NCBI GenBank assembly: GCA_963808655.1
Contig: CAWEGZ010000013.1
Span: forward strand, 2,433 to 66,432
From: an uncultured Solirubrobacterales bacterium
GTDB taxonomy: Bacteria > Actinomycetota > Thermoleophilia > Solirubrobacterales > Solirubrobacteraceae
DNA length: 64,000 nt
Reading direction: 5' to 3'
Shown: positions 1 through 10,826 of the stretch, piece by piece
Layout: every line of letters begins with the position of its first letter
Numbering within the stretch: the first letter of the stretch is position 1
Notes under the pieces: model-generated
What the model saw: only the letters and a program-made list of their open reading frames with translations
The model's database searches: none
What the model was told of the DNA's origin: nothing
Position numbers and translations under genes: made by a program

Positions 1-223
1 TCCAACCCGCCTGCCGGTAGGGGAAGGCCGTCAGCAGTGTGGAGGCGTCGCCCAACTCGTTGCCGTAGTAAAGGTGGTAAATCGGAATCTCGCCGTCGAA
101 CAGCACCGTTTTCTTGACGCTCTTGAGCCCCAAAAGGCGGACGTGAAAATCGTAATCCTCCTGTGCGCCGCCGACGCAGAACGTCAGATGGTGCGTACCC
201 CGAATCGTGCCTGTGTTTGCCAC
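1..223 (-). CDS. VOC-family ring-cleaving dioxygenase, LinE/PcpA (hydroquinone dioxygenase)-like; N-terminal part only, runs off the window edge
   Basis: Manual translation from GTG at 223 (AGGAG RBS upstream): MANTGTIRGTHHLTFCVGGAQEDYDFHVRLLGLKSVKKTVLFDGEIPIYHLYYGNELGDASTLLTAFPYRQAGW. This matches the HH-x-T...KKT...YHLY(F/Y)GNE-G pattern of LinE/PcpA/MhqO enzymes. Not in the ORF track. Confidence 0.8.
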   Translation of the reverse strand, partial: MANTGTIRGTHHLTFCVGGAQEDYDFHVRLLGLKSVKKTVLFDGEIPIYHLYYGNELGDASTLLTAFPYRQAGW

Positions 224-490
224 CGCTGTCTCCTCTGTCCGTAGTCGCCACGAAAACGATATGCCCGGCGCCGCTCGTGGACAAGCGCGGTCAAGTGCCA
301 AGCTCCTCGAGTGAGCTCGGAGCCAGTGGGACGATGTATCGGTGAGCCCAGCGCGACTGGTCCGGCGAGTCGGAGCTTTGATCGCCATGCCCGTGCCCAC
401 GCGCGCACGCTTTAGCCGACCGCTAGATGATGTTTCGGGACCAGAGGAGCCAGGCGAGTCGCTCCGGACGATCCGCTGGGGTAAGGGCCG

Positions 491-1993
491 CTATTTCACC
501 TTGGTATGGGCGGTGGTGGTGTTGTTGCTGCTGAGCGGGTCGGGCGTGACGCTTGTGACCTTGGCCAGATTGCTAATCGTGCCCTTGGCGATGACTTTGA
601 CCACGATGCGAACTTTCGCGCCTTTGCCGGGCCTGAGCCTGCCCAGCTTGCAGGTGACCGTCGCGCCCGTGGCGCCGGCCTTGGGTGATGTGCAGCGCGC
701 TCGCGGGGCCGAGAGCTTCACGAACTTGGTCCCGGAGGGCAGGCGGTCGGTGAGTTTTACCTGCCAGGCGTGCGAGGGCCCGGCGTTTTTGACCTTGATC
801 GCATAGGTCAGCTCAGAGCCGCGCCTGATCGAGGCCGGCGCGCGCACCTTCACCGACACGTCGGCGTCGGGGCTGACCACCACCGCTTGCGGGTAGTGTC
901 CGGCGAACACGCTCGCCGGCGACTTGGAGCTCAGCGTGCCCGTGGTCCGGTTGATGTTGAACTGCAGGACCCCGTCGCCGATGACATAGGCGCTCTCGCT
1001 GTCGGGGGTGACCGCAATCGTGCTGGCGCCGGGCGCGGAGACGCTCGCGGGCGACTTGGGGCTCAGCCTGCCCGTCTTTTGGTTGATGTTGAACTGCAAG
1101 ACCGTGCTGGAGCCGCTGGTGACATAGAGGCTCTTGCCGTCCGGGCTGACAGCCTCCGCCCCCGCGCCGTTGGCGGCCACCTTCGCCGGTGACTTGGGGT
1201 GGAGCTTGCCCGTCTTCCGGTTGATGTCGTACTGCAAGACCGAGCCGCCGTGCGCGCCGCTGATGACGTAGAGGCTCTTGCCGTTCGGGCTGACCGCTTC
1301 CGCCCCCGCGCCGTTGGCCGCCACGCTCGCCGGCGACTTGCGGCTCAGCTTGCCCGTCTTCCCGTTGATGTTGTACTGCAAGACCGATCCGCCGTGCGCG
1401 CCGCTGATGACGTAGAGGCTCTTGCCGTCGGGGCTGACCGCCTCCGCGCCCGGGCCCTTGCCGGCGGCCACGCTCGCCGGCGACTTGGGGTGGAGCTTGC
1501 CCGTGCCCCGGCTGACGTTGAACTGCGAGATCGTGTTGTTCCCGTTGCTCACGTAGGCGCTCTTGCCGTCCGGGGTGAGCACCACCGCGTTCGCGGAGTC
1601 GGCGGGGATGGTCACGGTCGCCGGCGACTTGGGGCTCAGCTTGCCGGTGCTCGGATTAATGTTTAACTGCCAGACCATGCCGGGGGCGCCGAAGTTAACG
1701 GCGTAAAGGCTGTTGCCCTCGGGGCTGACCGCCGCCTGCCACGCGCCTGCTCCGCTTTGGGCATTGGGAAGAGAAATGCTCGCCGGCGAGAGAGGCTGCA
1801 GCGCCTCGCGATTGGCCGACGGGGCATCGAACTGGAAGATTTTTGGAGGAATCCCGGAGTTTCCCGGGGGATAGGTGGTGCTGTACACGAACGGCGCCGC
1901 CGCCGCCGGTACCGCGCCCAGACCAACCACCGCCAAGCCCGCAAGCACGCCCAACAGCGTCCGTCGCCGCAATAAACCAAACCCGTGAAACAC
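491..1993 (-). CDS. Secreted beta-propeller (lactonase/YVTN-like) repeat protein with C-terminal DUF11 domain
   Basis: Start inferred at GTG 1993 after a purine-rich RBS-like run. Signal peptide RRRTLLGVLAGLAVVGLGAVPAAAA; about 7 blades with AVSPDGKSLYV; C-terminal LTYAIKVKNAGPS...LTDRLPSG...DPLSSNN is typical of DUF11. Confidence 0.75.
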   Translation of the reverse strand: MFHGFGLLRRRTLLGVLAGLAVVGLGAVPAAAAPFVYSTTYPPGNSGIPPKIFQFDAPSANREALQPLSPASISLPNAQSGAGAWQAAVSPEGNSLYAVNFGAPGMVWQLNINPSTGKLSPKSPATVTIPADSANAVVLTPDGKSAYVSNGNNTISQFNVSRGTGKLHPKSPASVAAGKGPGAEAVSPDGKSLYVISGAHGGSVLQYNINGKTGKLSRKSPASVAANGAGAEAVSPNGKSLYVISGAHGGSVLQYDINRKTGKLHPKSPAKVAANGAGAEAVSPDGKSLYVTSGSSTVLQFNINQKTGRLSPKSPASVSAPGASTIAVTPDSESAYVIGDGVLQFNINRTTGTLSSKSPASVFAGHYPQAVVVSPDADVSVKVRAPASIRRGSELTYAIKVKNAGPSHAWQVKLTDRLPSGTKFVKLSAPRARCTSPKAGATGATVTCKLGRLRPGKGAKVRIVVKVIAKGTISNLAKVTSVTPDPLSSNNTTTAHTKVK

Positions 1994-2234
1994 TCCTAGC
2001 CCCTCTCGCTCCCGTCGAGCGGTCCCCTGAAACTCTCCCAGGGTCCTCAGCTCCTGCACACCATACCCACGCCGAAGACACACGACAACACCAAACCCGC
2101 ACCCATCGCTTTCGAGAGCGTCTGCTGGAGCCGACCCCTCGGCCGGCTTGGAATATGCGCGGCTAGCGGACACGCTGGGCGACAGCCGTTTGGGAATCCG
2201 CAGAGCAACCCGCAATCGATGGCCGGTGGTGCTA

Positions 2235-3533
2235 TTAGCCGCGACCTGCGCGCCACGCGCGCTGATATGCCTTGAGCAGAAACGAAAGCATGTCGGCATC
2301 GGTCATCGGTCTGCCAGACGACTGCCGCTGGAGGAGCTCCTTGCAGAGCTGGATGTGTGCTTCGCCGAGCGCGAGCGTGACAGCGGTCGCGACAGCAGCA
2401 TTGATTAACTCAGCCCCGGGGACCACCTTGAGCAGCGCTTGAACGAGGGCCTTGCCTGCCCATTCAGTCCCCCCGGTCTTGGCGAGGCCGCGAATTAGCT
2501 CGGCGATGTGACCCCGGGTGACGTCGACACCAAAAATTGCGGTGATGCCGGCAAGCATGCCTACCTGGACAGGCATTAGCACAACGGCGTCGGAGACCGG
2601 AATGGGTACCGCGCCAACAGTGCCGGCTGCAGCGCCGGCAGCACCGACCACCGCACGCGCGTGGCGGACCTTCAATCGGATCACTACCCCTTGGGCGTTT
2701 GTGAACGCCCGCCTCACCCCCTCAGGGAGGATTTCGTGGGTCCGCTCCACGAGCTCCTCCAGGCCATGGGGCGGAACGGTGTGTCCAGCGACGGTGCGCT
2801 CGCGCGCAAGCGTCCGCAACGGTGGCCCGTGAGAGGGCAAGTTTTCGTCGGCTATGGCGCTCTCCAGGGCCTCCGCGCGTTCGTCGTCGACGCATTGGGT
2901 GAGGACAAGGAGTACCGGAACTTCATGTGCAAGAGCCTTGATGACGTCGACGTCGTAGTCCTGGATACGCGGGGTCTCCGCGCTCAGGCAGTACCACGCG
3001 ATATGGATGTTCTCGTCGAGCGGGCGACTGAGCGAGTCCTTGATTGTCTTCTTGTACTCGCGGATAACCTCTTTTTTCGACTGACCCAACTCAATACCGG
3101 GTGTGTCGTAGATGGTCACCGGAACACCCTCGACCTGATAGCGCTGCACATGCTTGGTCACGGGTTTCCCAACGCCCTCTGCAGCGAGCCGGGCGCGGAA
3201 GACTGAGTTGATAAGCGTGCTCTTGCCAACCCCCGTCTGACCGCCGATAAGTATGTTGGCGAGCCCGAGCTGTTGCACTTGTCTTTGGTAGTCGCCGTTG
3301 AAGTAGGCGACGGGGTCAGCGGCGGCCTTATCCCTCCCTCGCCGGGTCTTCTGGGGTCCGTGCTTCGCCACGGCCTTCCCGCTGGCAACCCGGGCGCGAG
3401 CGAGCTGCTTGGCGACCTCCTCGGCGCTGCTCGCCGCGATGCTCGAAACGTCTCTGGCGCCCCGGGCAAGCTTCTTGCGGCTATCGCTGATAGCCCGCTC
3501 GACCCGTTCTCTTCGACCTCGATTTGACGACAC
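2235..3533 (-). CDS. P-loop GTPase fused to a DUF697/YcjF-like hydrophobic C-terminal domain
   Basis: G1 GQTGVGKS, G3 DTPG; C-terminal AVPIPVSDAVVLMPVQVGML...IFG pattern. Confidence 0.75.
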   Translation of the reverse strand: MSSNRGRRERVERAISDSRKKLARGARDVSSIAASSAEEVAKQLARARVASGKAVAKHGPQKTRRGRDKAAADPVAYFNGDYQRQVQQLGLANILIGGQTGVGKSTLINSVFRARLAAEGVGKPVTKHVQRYQVEGVPVTIYDTPGIELGQSKKEVIREYKKTIKDSLSRPLDENIHIAWYCLSAETPRIQDYDVDVIKALAHEVPVLLVLTQCVDDERAEALESAIADENLPSHGPPLRTLARERTVAGHTVPPHGLEELVERTHEILPEGVRRAFTNAQGVVIRLKVRHARAVVGAAGAAAGTVGAVPIPVSDAVVLMPVQVGMLAGITAIFGVDVTRGHIAELIRGLAKTGGTEWAGKALVQALLKVVPGAELINAAVATAVTLALGEAHIQLCKELLQRQSSGRPMTDADMLSFLLKAYQRAWRAGRG

Positions 3534-3632
3534 CTTGCTCCGTCCTACCCGCGCCTCGACAGACCAACAGCTCGCCGGCCTCGCGAGGAGACCCTCTTGA
3601 TTCCCGGCACCATGCCTGCCGGGTATCTACCG

Positions 3633-4181
3633 TCAGGCACGGCAGGCTTCGAGAACCGCTCCGGGACTCGGGGCCAACTGGGCGTGCAAGTTGGCCTGCA
3701 TCATCCGGATCGCCGCCTGCGCCAGCCGCTTGTCGATGTGGGCAATGGCGTCGGTGGGGACCACGACCTCGAAGTGACGCACATAAGCATCGAGGGCGGA
3801 GTAGAGGATGCACTGCTCGGTGACCTGTCCAGCCAGTACCAAGCGGTTGATCTCCTCCCGCCGGAGCAGGTACTCCAGCAGCGTCTCATAGAAGATCGAA
3901 TGCCGGGCCTTGACGATAAAGGGGGCTTCTTCCGGAGGCAGCACCGGCTCGACCAAGTCGGGGCAGGCGCCTGCAAGTGCGCGCTCGGCGATCTCTTTGG
4001 GCCCGGCGGTCCAATCGCCGTGGTTGTCGTTGACGTAAATGATTCGTAGCCCGGCCTCGCGGGCGTCCGCGATTAGCGCGCGGAGGTCGCTGAGCATGCG
4101 CCGTACGGAGGCGGTGAGTGGGTCGGCACCCTCGTGCTCATAGGGGTTGAGCATGTCAATGACGATCAATCCAGCAGCCAT
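3633..4181 (-). CDS. Isochorismatase-family cysteine hydrolase
   Basis: LIVIDMLN, VKARHSIF and GQVTEQCILYSALDA catalytic motifs. Confidence 0.85.
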   Translation of the reverse strand: MAAGLIVIDMLNPYEHEGADPLTASVRRMLSDLRALIADAREAGLRIIYVNDNHGDWTAGPKEIAERALAGACPDLVEPVLPPEEAPFIVKARHSIFYETLLEYLLRREEINRLVLAGQVTEQCILYSALDAYVRHFEVVVPTDAIAHIDKRLAQAAIRMMQANLHAQLAPSPGAVLEACRA

Positions 4182-4321
4182 GGCGAGGCTTTACCCGACA
4201 CCAACGGGGCGTACGCGCTCAAGTGATTCGCGGTGCGGCCGATCCCGCGGGTCACGTTGAGCCCAGACCGACATGGATCGACCCGTGTGGGGAAAACCAC
4301 GAGGATCCGCGCTTTTATCAC

Positions 4322-4921
4322 CTAGCCGCTCTGCGCGCGAACCAGTCTGGTCATGAGCTCGACCGCTTGGTGATCGTCGAGTCCTTGGTCGTGGGTTAGC
4401 GAGTGCCAGGTGGAGAACGCGAGGGCGTGTCCGGTAGCGGCGAGCGTGCGCTTGCGGGGTTGCCCGCGCACCTTGCGCCCGTGCGTGAGGGTGTCGCGGG
4501 CGCCGGCGAGGTAGTCGCGGAAGGTGCGGAAGGTTTGCTTGACGGCGGGCACTGTGTGTTCGTCGCGTAGGAGGTTGGCCAGCATCCGGTCGGTCTGCCG
4601 GTAGTAGGCATATAGCTCGGTGAGGGCGTGGACGAGGCGCTCGTCGGGATCGGAGATCGTCGCATAGCCGGCCAGGTTCGGGGGTGCGTTGGCGGCCAGC
4701 CAGTGTGTGCTGCAGGCGGCGAACAGGGCGGCCTCGTCGGGGAAATGCCGGTAGAGCGTGGACCGCCTTACCCCGGCAAGCTCGGCGACCGCACTGAACG
4801 AGGTTCGCGACGGCCCCACCGTTCCGTGCAGCTCGACGGCGCTCTCGGTGATCCGTCGGCGAGTCTCGGCCTCAAGCTCGGCCCTGCGGCGTTTCCGATA
4901 CGGGCGCTTTTCCTCGGTCAT
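4322..4921 (-). CDS. TetR/AcrR family transcriptional regulator
   Basis: N-terminal HTH AVAELAGVRRSTLYRHFP; divergent from the cupin gene. Confidence 0.88.
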   Translation of the reverse strand: MTEEKRPYRKRRRAELEAETRRRITESAVELHGTVGPSRTSFSAVAELAGVRRSTLYRHFPDEAALFAACSTHWLAANAPPNLAGYATISDPDERLVHALTELYAYYRQTDRMLANLLRDEHTVPAVKQTFRTFRDYLAGARDTLTHGRKVRGQPRKRTLAATGHALAFSTWHSLTHDQGLDDHQAVELMTRLVRAQSG

Positions 4922-5007
4922 GTATGTCCAATCAATCTTGACAGACGGACCTGAAGCGTGGTAAGAATTTCGCGGAACATAACTGTCCAGTCAAAAGGAG
5001 CAGATAG

Positions 5008-5517
5008 ATGGAAGCGACGACAGCAAGGGTGCTCGGCCCGCATGACGGCAAAGCAGGGTTCCTGGGAAGCATCGGCGTCAGATTCATGATCGACGGCGGC
5101 GACTCCGATGAGCGCTTCGCGCTCATCGAGCACCCGATGGCCCCGCGGGCGCTCGCGGCCCCGCTTCACCGCCACAGTCGTGAGGACGAGTACAGCTGGG
5201 TAATCGAGGGCCGCGTCGGAGCGCTGCTCGGCGAGGAGGTCCTCATCGGCGCCCCCGGCGATTTGATCTTCAAACCCCGTGGCCAGTGGCATACGTTCTG
5301 GAACGCCGGCGATCAGCCAGCGCGAGTCCTTGAGATCATCTCCCCCGCCGGCTTTGAGCAGTTCTTCGCCGAGCTCGTCGACCTGGGCGGCGTCACGCAG
5401 GCAAGCCCCGACGTCTTTGGCGAGCTCTGCACGCGCTATCAACTCGAGATGGATCCCGACAGCGTCCCCAGCCTGATCGAACGCTTCGACCTTCGATTCC
5501 CCAGCGAACCGATCTGA
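5008..5517 (+). CDS. Cupin domain protein
   Basis: PLHRHSREDE...GDLIFKPRGQWHTFWN cupin motifs; AGGAG RBS. Confidence 0.85.
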   Translation: MEATTARVLGPHDGKAGFLGSIGVRFMIDGGDSDERFALIEHPMAPRALAAPLHRHSREDEYSWVIEGRVGALLGEEVLIGAPGDLIFKPRGQWHTFWNAGDQPARVLEIISPAGFEQFFAELVDLGGVTQASPDVFGELCTRYQLEMDPDSVPSLIERFDLRFPSEPI

Positions 5518-5688
5518 TTGCGTCGGATCAACACGGCGAGCGATTCCTTTGTCCGCATCGTGGCAGGCGGTGGAACCTAGAACCTGCCTCTGGCCACCTC
5601 ACGAAATGAGTTAGGGGGCCCACCGCGCCGCAACGCGGACGCCCGTCTGGCCTAGCAGCCCTCATTCGTGAGCCGAGCGCTACGGGCT

Positions 5689-6489
5689 TTATCGCGGCCG
5701 GTGACCCCATGCGGCGATCGTTGCCTGCGACATGAATACAAGCCCTGGGTCGTCACAGAGATCGATCATTGCGTCCACCTCGGCAGCGGTTACCCCACGA
5801 TGGGCGATCAGTTGGTCGCGCAGCTGGACCAGTGTCAACCGCAAGAGCTCACCTCCCGGCTGATTCGCGCGCCAGATCGAGAGACGGCCTTCGGAATCTA
5901 CTCGCGCCACCCCCGCGGTTGAGAGAGCGCGGTAGAGACCACGTCCGCAGAATGGATCAAACGCATGTTGTTCAGCGAGTACGGCGAGGTGAGCATCGTG
6001 CACACGCGTAAACAGGCGCCGGGTGACGGCGTCTAGCCCCGGGTCGGGCGCCACCGAGCGAAAGTCCATCTCCTCGACCAGCAAGCAACCGCCCGGCTTG
6101 AGCGCCATGACCATTCTTCGCAGCCCCTCCACGGGGCTGGCCAGCCACGCGAGTACCAGCCGCGCATGAACGAGATCGAACTCGCCCTCGGGCAGCTCGT
6201 CGGTCAGTACATCATGGAGTCGCACCTCTAGGTTCGGATGCTGCAGCTCCTGCAGGAGTGTCGTGTCGAGATCGGTTGCGAGTACCGATCCGTCGGGCAC
6301 GGTGCGATCGCACAACCAGGCTGCGACTGAGCCACCGCCGGCGCCGACCTCCAGGCAGCGCCACCCCGGTCGCACGCCGACCCTCTCAAGCAGCTGGAAC
6401 GTGCCATCGTCCAATAGCGCCTCCAGCACCCGCAGCCGCTCGGGCTGCACCGGCCGCGCGTTCCCGAACGCATAAGTTGATCGATCCAT
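5689..6489 (-). CDS. Class I SAM-dependent methyltransferase
   Basis: CLEVGAGGG motif I and FDLVHARLVL; start uncertain (ATG 6489 or 6519). Confidence 0.82.
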   Translation of the reverse strand: MDRSTYAFGNARPVQPERLRVLEALLDDGTFQLLERVGVRPGWRCLEVGAGGGSVAAWLCDRTVPDGSVLATDLDTTLLQELQHPNLEVRLHDVLTDELPEGEFDLVHARLVLAWLASPVEGLRRMVMALKPGGCLLVEEMDFRSVAPDPGLDAVTRRLFTRVHDAHLAVLAEQHAFDPFCGRGLYRALSTAGVARVDSEGRLSIWRANQPGGELLRLTLVQLRDQLIAHRGVTAAEVDAMIDLCDDPGLVFMSQATIAAWGHRPR

Positions 6490-6971
6490 TGGGGCGCTAC
6501 CGCGGCCAGCCTGTCCCATGGCATTCCTTGCTGGACGGCTCGGGCACGACATCGTACGTCGGACATCTATTATGAAGCCGCCTTACGGCGGCATTGGAGG
6601 ACGTTGTCGCGGGGTGGTGGCGTTGTTGCTCGTAAGCGGCCCAGACGTGACGTCCCGTCCCTTGGTGCTTGTATTGGGTGAGGCGCAGCCGCCGGTGCCT
6701 GGACGAGGCCTTATCGAGTGCGGGCGCCTTTAGGCGGCGGCCGCCGATGTATGAGGTCTGGGAGTATCGGGAGGACGACGGCTGCGCGCCGCAGGATTGT
6801 TTTTCTCCCACCACCGTCTACTGTTGCTGGCATTGTGAGGAAGGCGATCTGGAGTGATTGCGAGTCGAGGTTGGTGGCGATGCGAGGCTTGACGGCGACG
6901 GACCCAGGCGTATTGCTTGGTCGCGGAGCGCACCCCGCGCGCGGCCGGTCACGCAAGTCCGAGGCGATCGT

Positions 6972-7331
6972 ATGACGAGGCGCGCGCCAGCTGCCGTGGT
7001 TGTCACGATCGCCGCGTTGGCCGCGGGTGGCTGCGGAACTAGCACGAGCGCAACCGTGAACAACTTTCAGATTCGCAACATGACGAGTCAGACGCTCATG
7101 CATGAGCTCGAGCAGCCAACGACTCGCGGCCCTGGTGGTTACCCAGTGCTCGCCGGATCGCAGCACCTCAGCCTGCTTGGCATCGGAAGCACGACCCAGG
7201 GGAACGCGGCGCTCCAGTCATGGCTCACTAGCGCGTCCTCCAACCACGCGACGTACGCGCAGGCCGGTCACAACCTCGCAATTGCGTTCCCACAGCACAA
7301 GGCCGAGATCGACAGCAAACTCGGAAAATAG
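6972..7331 (+). CDS. Putative lipoprotein, hypothetical
   Basis: MTRRAPAAVVVTIAALAAGGC signal peptide ending in a lipobox-like Cys. Confidence 0.55.
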   Translation: MTRRAPAAVVVTIAALAAGGCGTSTSATVNNFQIRNMTSQTLMHELEQPTTRGPGGYPVLAGSQHLSLLGIGSTTQGNAALQSWLTSASSNHATYAQAGHNLAIAFPQHKAEIDSKLGK

Positions 7332-7389
7332 CCGCGAACCGCAACCGCAAGGCCGCCGGTGCGATCGTCTGCAACGGTGGCGTGCACGC

Positions 7390-8013
7390 TCAGTTGGGCG
7401 GCGGCAGAAGCTGGATCTTTTGGTCGACCTGCTGGGCTGCGGTTAGGATCGCTGCGAACGCTGCCACGAGGAGATCGCGTAGCGTCTCGCGCGAGATGTC
7501 CTTGGATTCCGCCCAATCGAGGAGCACGGCGTCCATGTACCCGAGCCAGCCCGTGATCGCTACCCGCAGCACGGGACGCGGCGTGCGTGTGCCCGCCAAT
7601 TGCGCCAGCACGATGTCCATCGTGCGTTGGCGGAATCCTTCGATCAGCTCGCGCGCTTCGGGTAGCGCGGCGGCGCTCTGCATGAGCTTGGACCATGTGC
7701 GGGCGTGTGTCTCGATCCATGCCAGATACCTCTCGAGGCTGCGCGTGAGCTGCTCGAGCGGCGTCCCGTCTCCGCTTGGCTCGATCGCCGTTTGAAGCTC
7801 GCCTGCACTCTCGGCTAGGGCAGCCTTGAAGAGCTCGGTCTTCGAGCGAAAGTAGTGGTAAAGAAGCGCCTTTGACACGCCGGCGGCGCGCGCGACGTCG
7901 CGCATCGAGATTTCTTCGTAGGCCTGATCGGCGAACAGCGCGGTTCCGGCATCGAGCAGCTGGCGCCGGCGCTCGTCAACCTGAAGCCGTTTGTAGGACG
8001 GGCCTTCTGACAT
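7390..8013 (-). CDS. TetR/AcrR family transcriptional regulator
   Basis: [23 protein letters not shown]. Confidence 0.88.
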   Translation of the reverse strand: MSEGPSYKRLQVDERRRQLLDAGTALFADQAYEEISMRDVARAAGVSKALLYHYFRSKTELFKAALAESAGELQTAIEPSGDGTPLEQLTRSLERYLAWIETHARTWSKLMQSAAALPEARELIEGFRQRTMDIVLAQLAGTRTPRPVLRVAITGWLGYMDAVLLDWAESKDISRETLRDLLVAAFAAILTAAQQVDQKIQLLPPPN

Positions 8014-8028
8014 CAAAATACAATTTTA

Positions 8029-8077
8029 GTTGACCGCAGGTCAACAAACGTGATAGTCTTATCAACCAGAGGTCAAC
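8029..8077. promoter_or_regulatory. Putative TetR operator(s): GTTGACC-gca-GGTCAAC plus a degenerate second copy
   Basis: Perfect 7-bp inverted repeat at 8029-8045 in AT-rich DNA just upstream of the TetR start; second site atcaacc-aga-GGTCAAC at 8061-8077. Confidence 0.6.
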
Positions 8078-8451
8078 AGGAAGGGGTGTGGGGGGCCTGT
8101 CGACCTGAATCGCCTCATCGGCGTCGAGCAAGGCGCTGGAGAGGCACGGGGGGCTCGCTGGCGAGCCGAGTGGCCCAGACGGGGGTGGGTCACTCGGCTC
8201 CTGCGGTCCAGGCCCGAGGCAGGGCTCCGCGCTACACCGACCAGGCGCTGGAGGGTGTGCAGCCCGTGCTGATTGCCTGTTGCCGTCCGATCGGGTCCGC
8301 GTTGACGGGCGGCTGCTGCAGCTCGCCGGTTTTTCACCGGCCTTGTGCCGTAGAAAACCTATGGTCGGACCGACCTTTGGGTCTCCACGGTTCCCACCAC
8401 GACAGATTGGCCCGGCGGCCGCGTCCCGGGCGCGCGCCTAACATCGCTCGG

Positions 8452-10287
8452 GTGCCGCAGCGGGAGGACGTCCGCAACATCGCCATCATCGCGCACGTCG
8501 ACCACGGGAAGACGAGCCTGGTCGACGCCATGCTTCGCCAGTCCGGCGTTTTTTCCGCACACGAGCAGGTGATCGAGCGCGTCATGGATTCGCTCGACCA
8601 GGAGCGCGAGCGGGGAATCACCATTCTCGCCAAGAACGCGTCGGTGCGCTACGGCGAGGTGAAGCTGAACATCGTCGACACTCCCGGTCACGCCGACTTC
8701 GGCGGTGAGGTGGAGCGGGCGCTGACCATGGTCGACGGTGTTCTGCTCTTAGTGGACGCTTCCGAGGGTCCGTTGCCGCAGACGCGGTTCGTGCTTCGCA
8801 AAGCCCTGGCCCGCCGGTTGCCGATCATCCTTGTCGTTAACAAGGTGGACAGGCCCGACGCCCGCATCTCGGAGGTGGAGGACGAGGTGCTTGAGCTATT
8901 CCTCGACCTGGACGCGACCGAGGAGCAGATCGACTTCCCGGTCGTCTATACCAACGCGAAGATGGGCTGGGCGTCGCGCGTCGCCGGAGCGGATGGGGCC
9001 GACCTGCGAGCGCTGTTCGAGCTCATTGTCGAGCACTTCCCCGGCCCCAGCTACGACGATACTGGGAGCCTGCAGGCGCTCGTCACCAATCTTGACGCCT
9101 CCCCCTACGTGGGCCGCTTAGCGCTCTGCCGCGTGTATAACGGGAGCTTGCGCAGAGGCGCGCCGGTCGCATGGTGCAGGCGCGACGGCAGCGTCGAGCG
9201 GGCTCGCGTAACCGAGCTGTACCTGACCGACGGGATGCAGCGGGTGGAGGCCGAGGAGGCGTCCGCCGGAGAGATCGTCGCCGTCGCCGGCATCCCCGAG
9301 ATCACCATCGGCGAAACGATCGCCGACGCGGAGGCCCCGCGGCCGCTGCCGCTCATCGCTGTCGACGAGCCGGCGCTGTCGATGACGATTGGCATCAACA
9401 CCTCTCCGCTGGCCGGCGAATCCGGCACGAAGCTGACCGCGCGCATGGTCAAGGACCGGCTCGACGCCGAGCTCGTCGGCAACGTATCCATCCGCGTTGA
9501 AGACACCGACCGGCCCGACACCTGGGAGGTTCAAGGCCGAGGGGAGCTGCAGCTTGCAGTGCTGGTCGAGACGTTGCGTCGCGAGGGGTTCGAGCTGACC
9601 ATCGGCAAGCCGCAGGTCGTTACCCGCGAGATCAACGGCCGGCTGCACGAGCCGGTCGAGCGGCTGTCGATCGACGTGCCCGAAGACTTCCTCGGTCAGG
9701 TCACGCAGCTGATGGCGCTACGCAAGGGCCGAATGGAGCAGATGGTCAACCACGGCACCGGCTGGGTCCGCCTCGAGTACCTGGTGCCGGCCCGCGGGCT
9801 GATTGGCTTTCGCACCGAGTTCCTCACCGAGACCCGTGGCACCGGGATCATGCACTCGGTGTTCGAATCCTACGAGCCGTGGTTCGGCAAGATCAAGACC
9901 CGGCCCACCGGGTCGCTCGTGGCCGACCGAGCCGGAAGCACCGGCACCTACGCGCTGCTGAAGCTGCAGGACCGGGGTGCGCTGTTCGTGACCCCCGGCA
10001 CCACGGTTTACGAGGGGATGATCGTCGGGGAGAACTCGCGCACCGAGGACCTGGACGTCAACGCGGTGCGCGAAAAGCAGCTGACGAACATGCGCTCATC
10101 GACTGCGGAGGCAACGGTGAAGCTCGTCCCGCACCGTCAACTGTCTCTCGACCAGGCGCTTGAGTTCATCCGCGACGACGAGTGTGTCGAGGTCACGCCC
10201 GCCGGCATTCGCCTGCGCAAGCTGGTGCTGCCGGCGATCGAGCGCGTGAAGCTCGCCCGCGTGTCCCTGGCTAGCGGCATTCCTTAG
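8452..10287 (+). CDS. typA: Translational GTPase TypA/BipA
   Basis: [48 protein letters not shown]; likely leaderless start GTG 8452, 7 nt after TAACAT. Confidence 0.95.
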   Translation: MPQREDVRNIAIIAHVDHGKTSLVDAMLRQSGVFSAHEQVIERVMDSLDQERERGITILAKNASVRYGEVKLNIVDTPGHADFGGEVERALTMVDGVLLLVDASEGPLPQTRFVLRKALARRLPIILVVNKVDRPDARISEVEDEVLELFLDLDATEEQIDFPVVYTNAKMGWASRVAGADGADLRALFELIVEHFPGPSYDDTGSLQALVTNLDASPYVGRLALCRVYNGSLRRGAPVAWCRRDGSVERARVTELYLTDGMQRVEAEEASAGEIVAVAGIPEITIGETIADAEAPRPLPLIAVDEPALSMTIGINTSPLAGESGTKLTARMVKDRLDAELVGNVSIRVEDTDRPDTWEVQGRGELQLAVLVETLRREGFELTIGKPQVVTREINGRLHEPVERLSIDVPEDFLGQVTQLMALRKGRMEQMVNHGTGWVRLEYLVPARGLIGFRTEFLTETRGTGIMHSVFESYEPWFGKIKTRPTGSLVADRAGSTGTYALLKLQDRGALFVTPGTTVYEGMIVGENSRTEDLDVNAVREKQLTNMRSSTAEATVKLVPHRQLSLDQALEFIRDDECVEVTPAGIRLRKLVLPAIERVKLARVSLASGIP

Positions 10288-10826
10288 CACCTAGTTTCAT
10301 GCCGGCCACTGGCCTACTCCTGCAGCGGCCACTAGCTCGCGAGGTGTCGATTCCCAAGCTTGGATCCTGCTTTCGGAGGTCGGCGTGCCCTTTGCAGTGG
10401 GCCGGGCGCACCCGCGGTCCGGCGCCTCACTCATCGTCGCCAATCGTGAAAGCAGTCGTTCCGAAGGGCACCTAGGAGCTTTGGCGCAGCCATCCCAGTC
10501 CCCACCGTAACCCAGCGCAACTGCCACTGCGAAGTCTGAAACCGCTCGAGCAGCCGCTCGGTTGCCTCCGCATTCCCGGCCCACGCGGCGCGGACCAGAT
10601 CGCCGACTGACTCGCTCACGGTACCCATTGCACCAGCAAGGAGCCAGCCAAGGACAAAATGGTTACCGAAGCCTCGCCAAGCGCGGGCTGGGATCACCCA
10701 GGCGGCAGCCCATTCCCAAGGACGAGCCTTGCATTGCCCCCGAACGGTGTCAACGCTGGCGGCGGAGTCCGTGGTGCATGCTTACTACTCCGACTCACCC
10801 CCACCCACCCTGAGGAAAGGACCGCG

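Noticed and set aside
1994-2299. N-terminal extension of the beta-propeller ORF
   Set aside because: It overlaps the GTPase 3' end, and the signal peptide and RBS point to a start at 1993.
8050-8451. 134-aa N-terminal extension of TypA given by the ORF track
   Set aside because: The sequence does not look protein-like. Homology starts at [11 protein letters not shown], and a -10 box sits 7 nt before GTG 8452.
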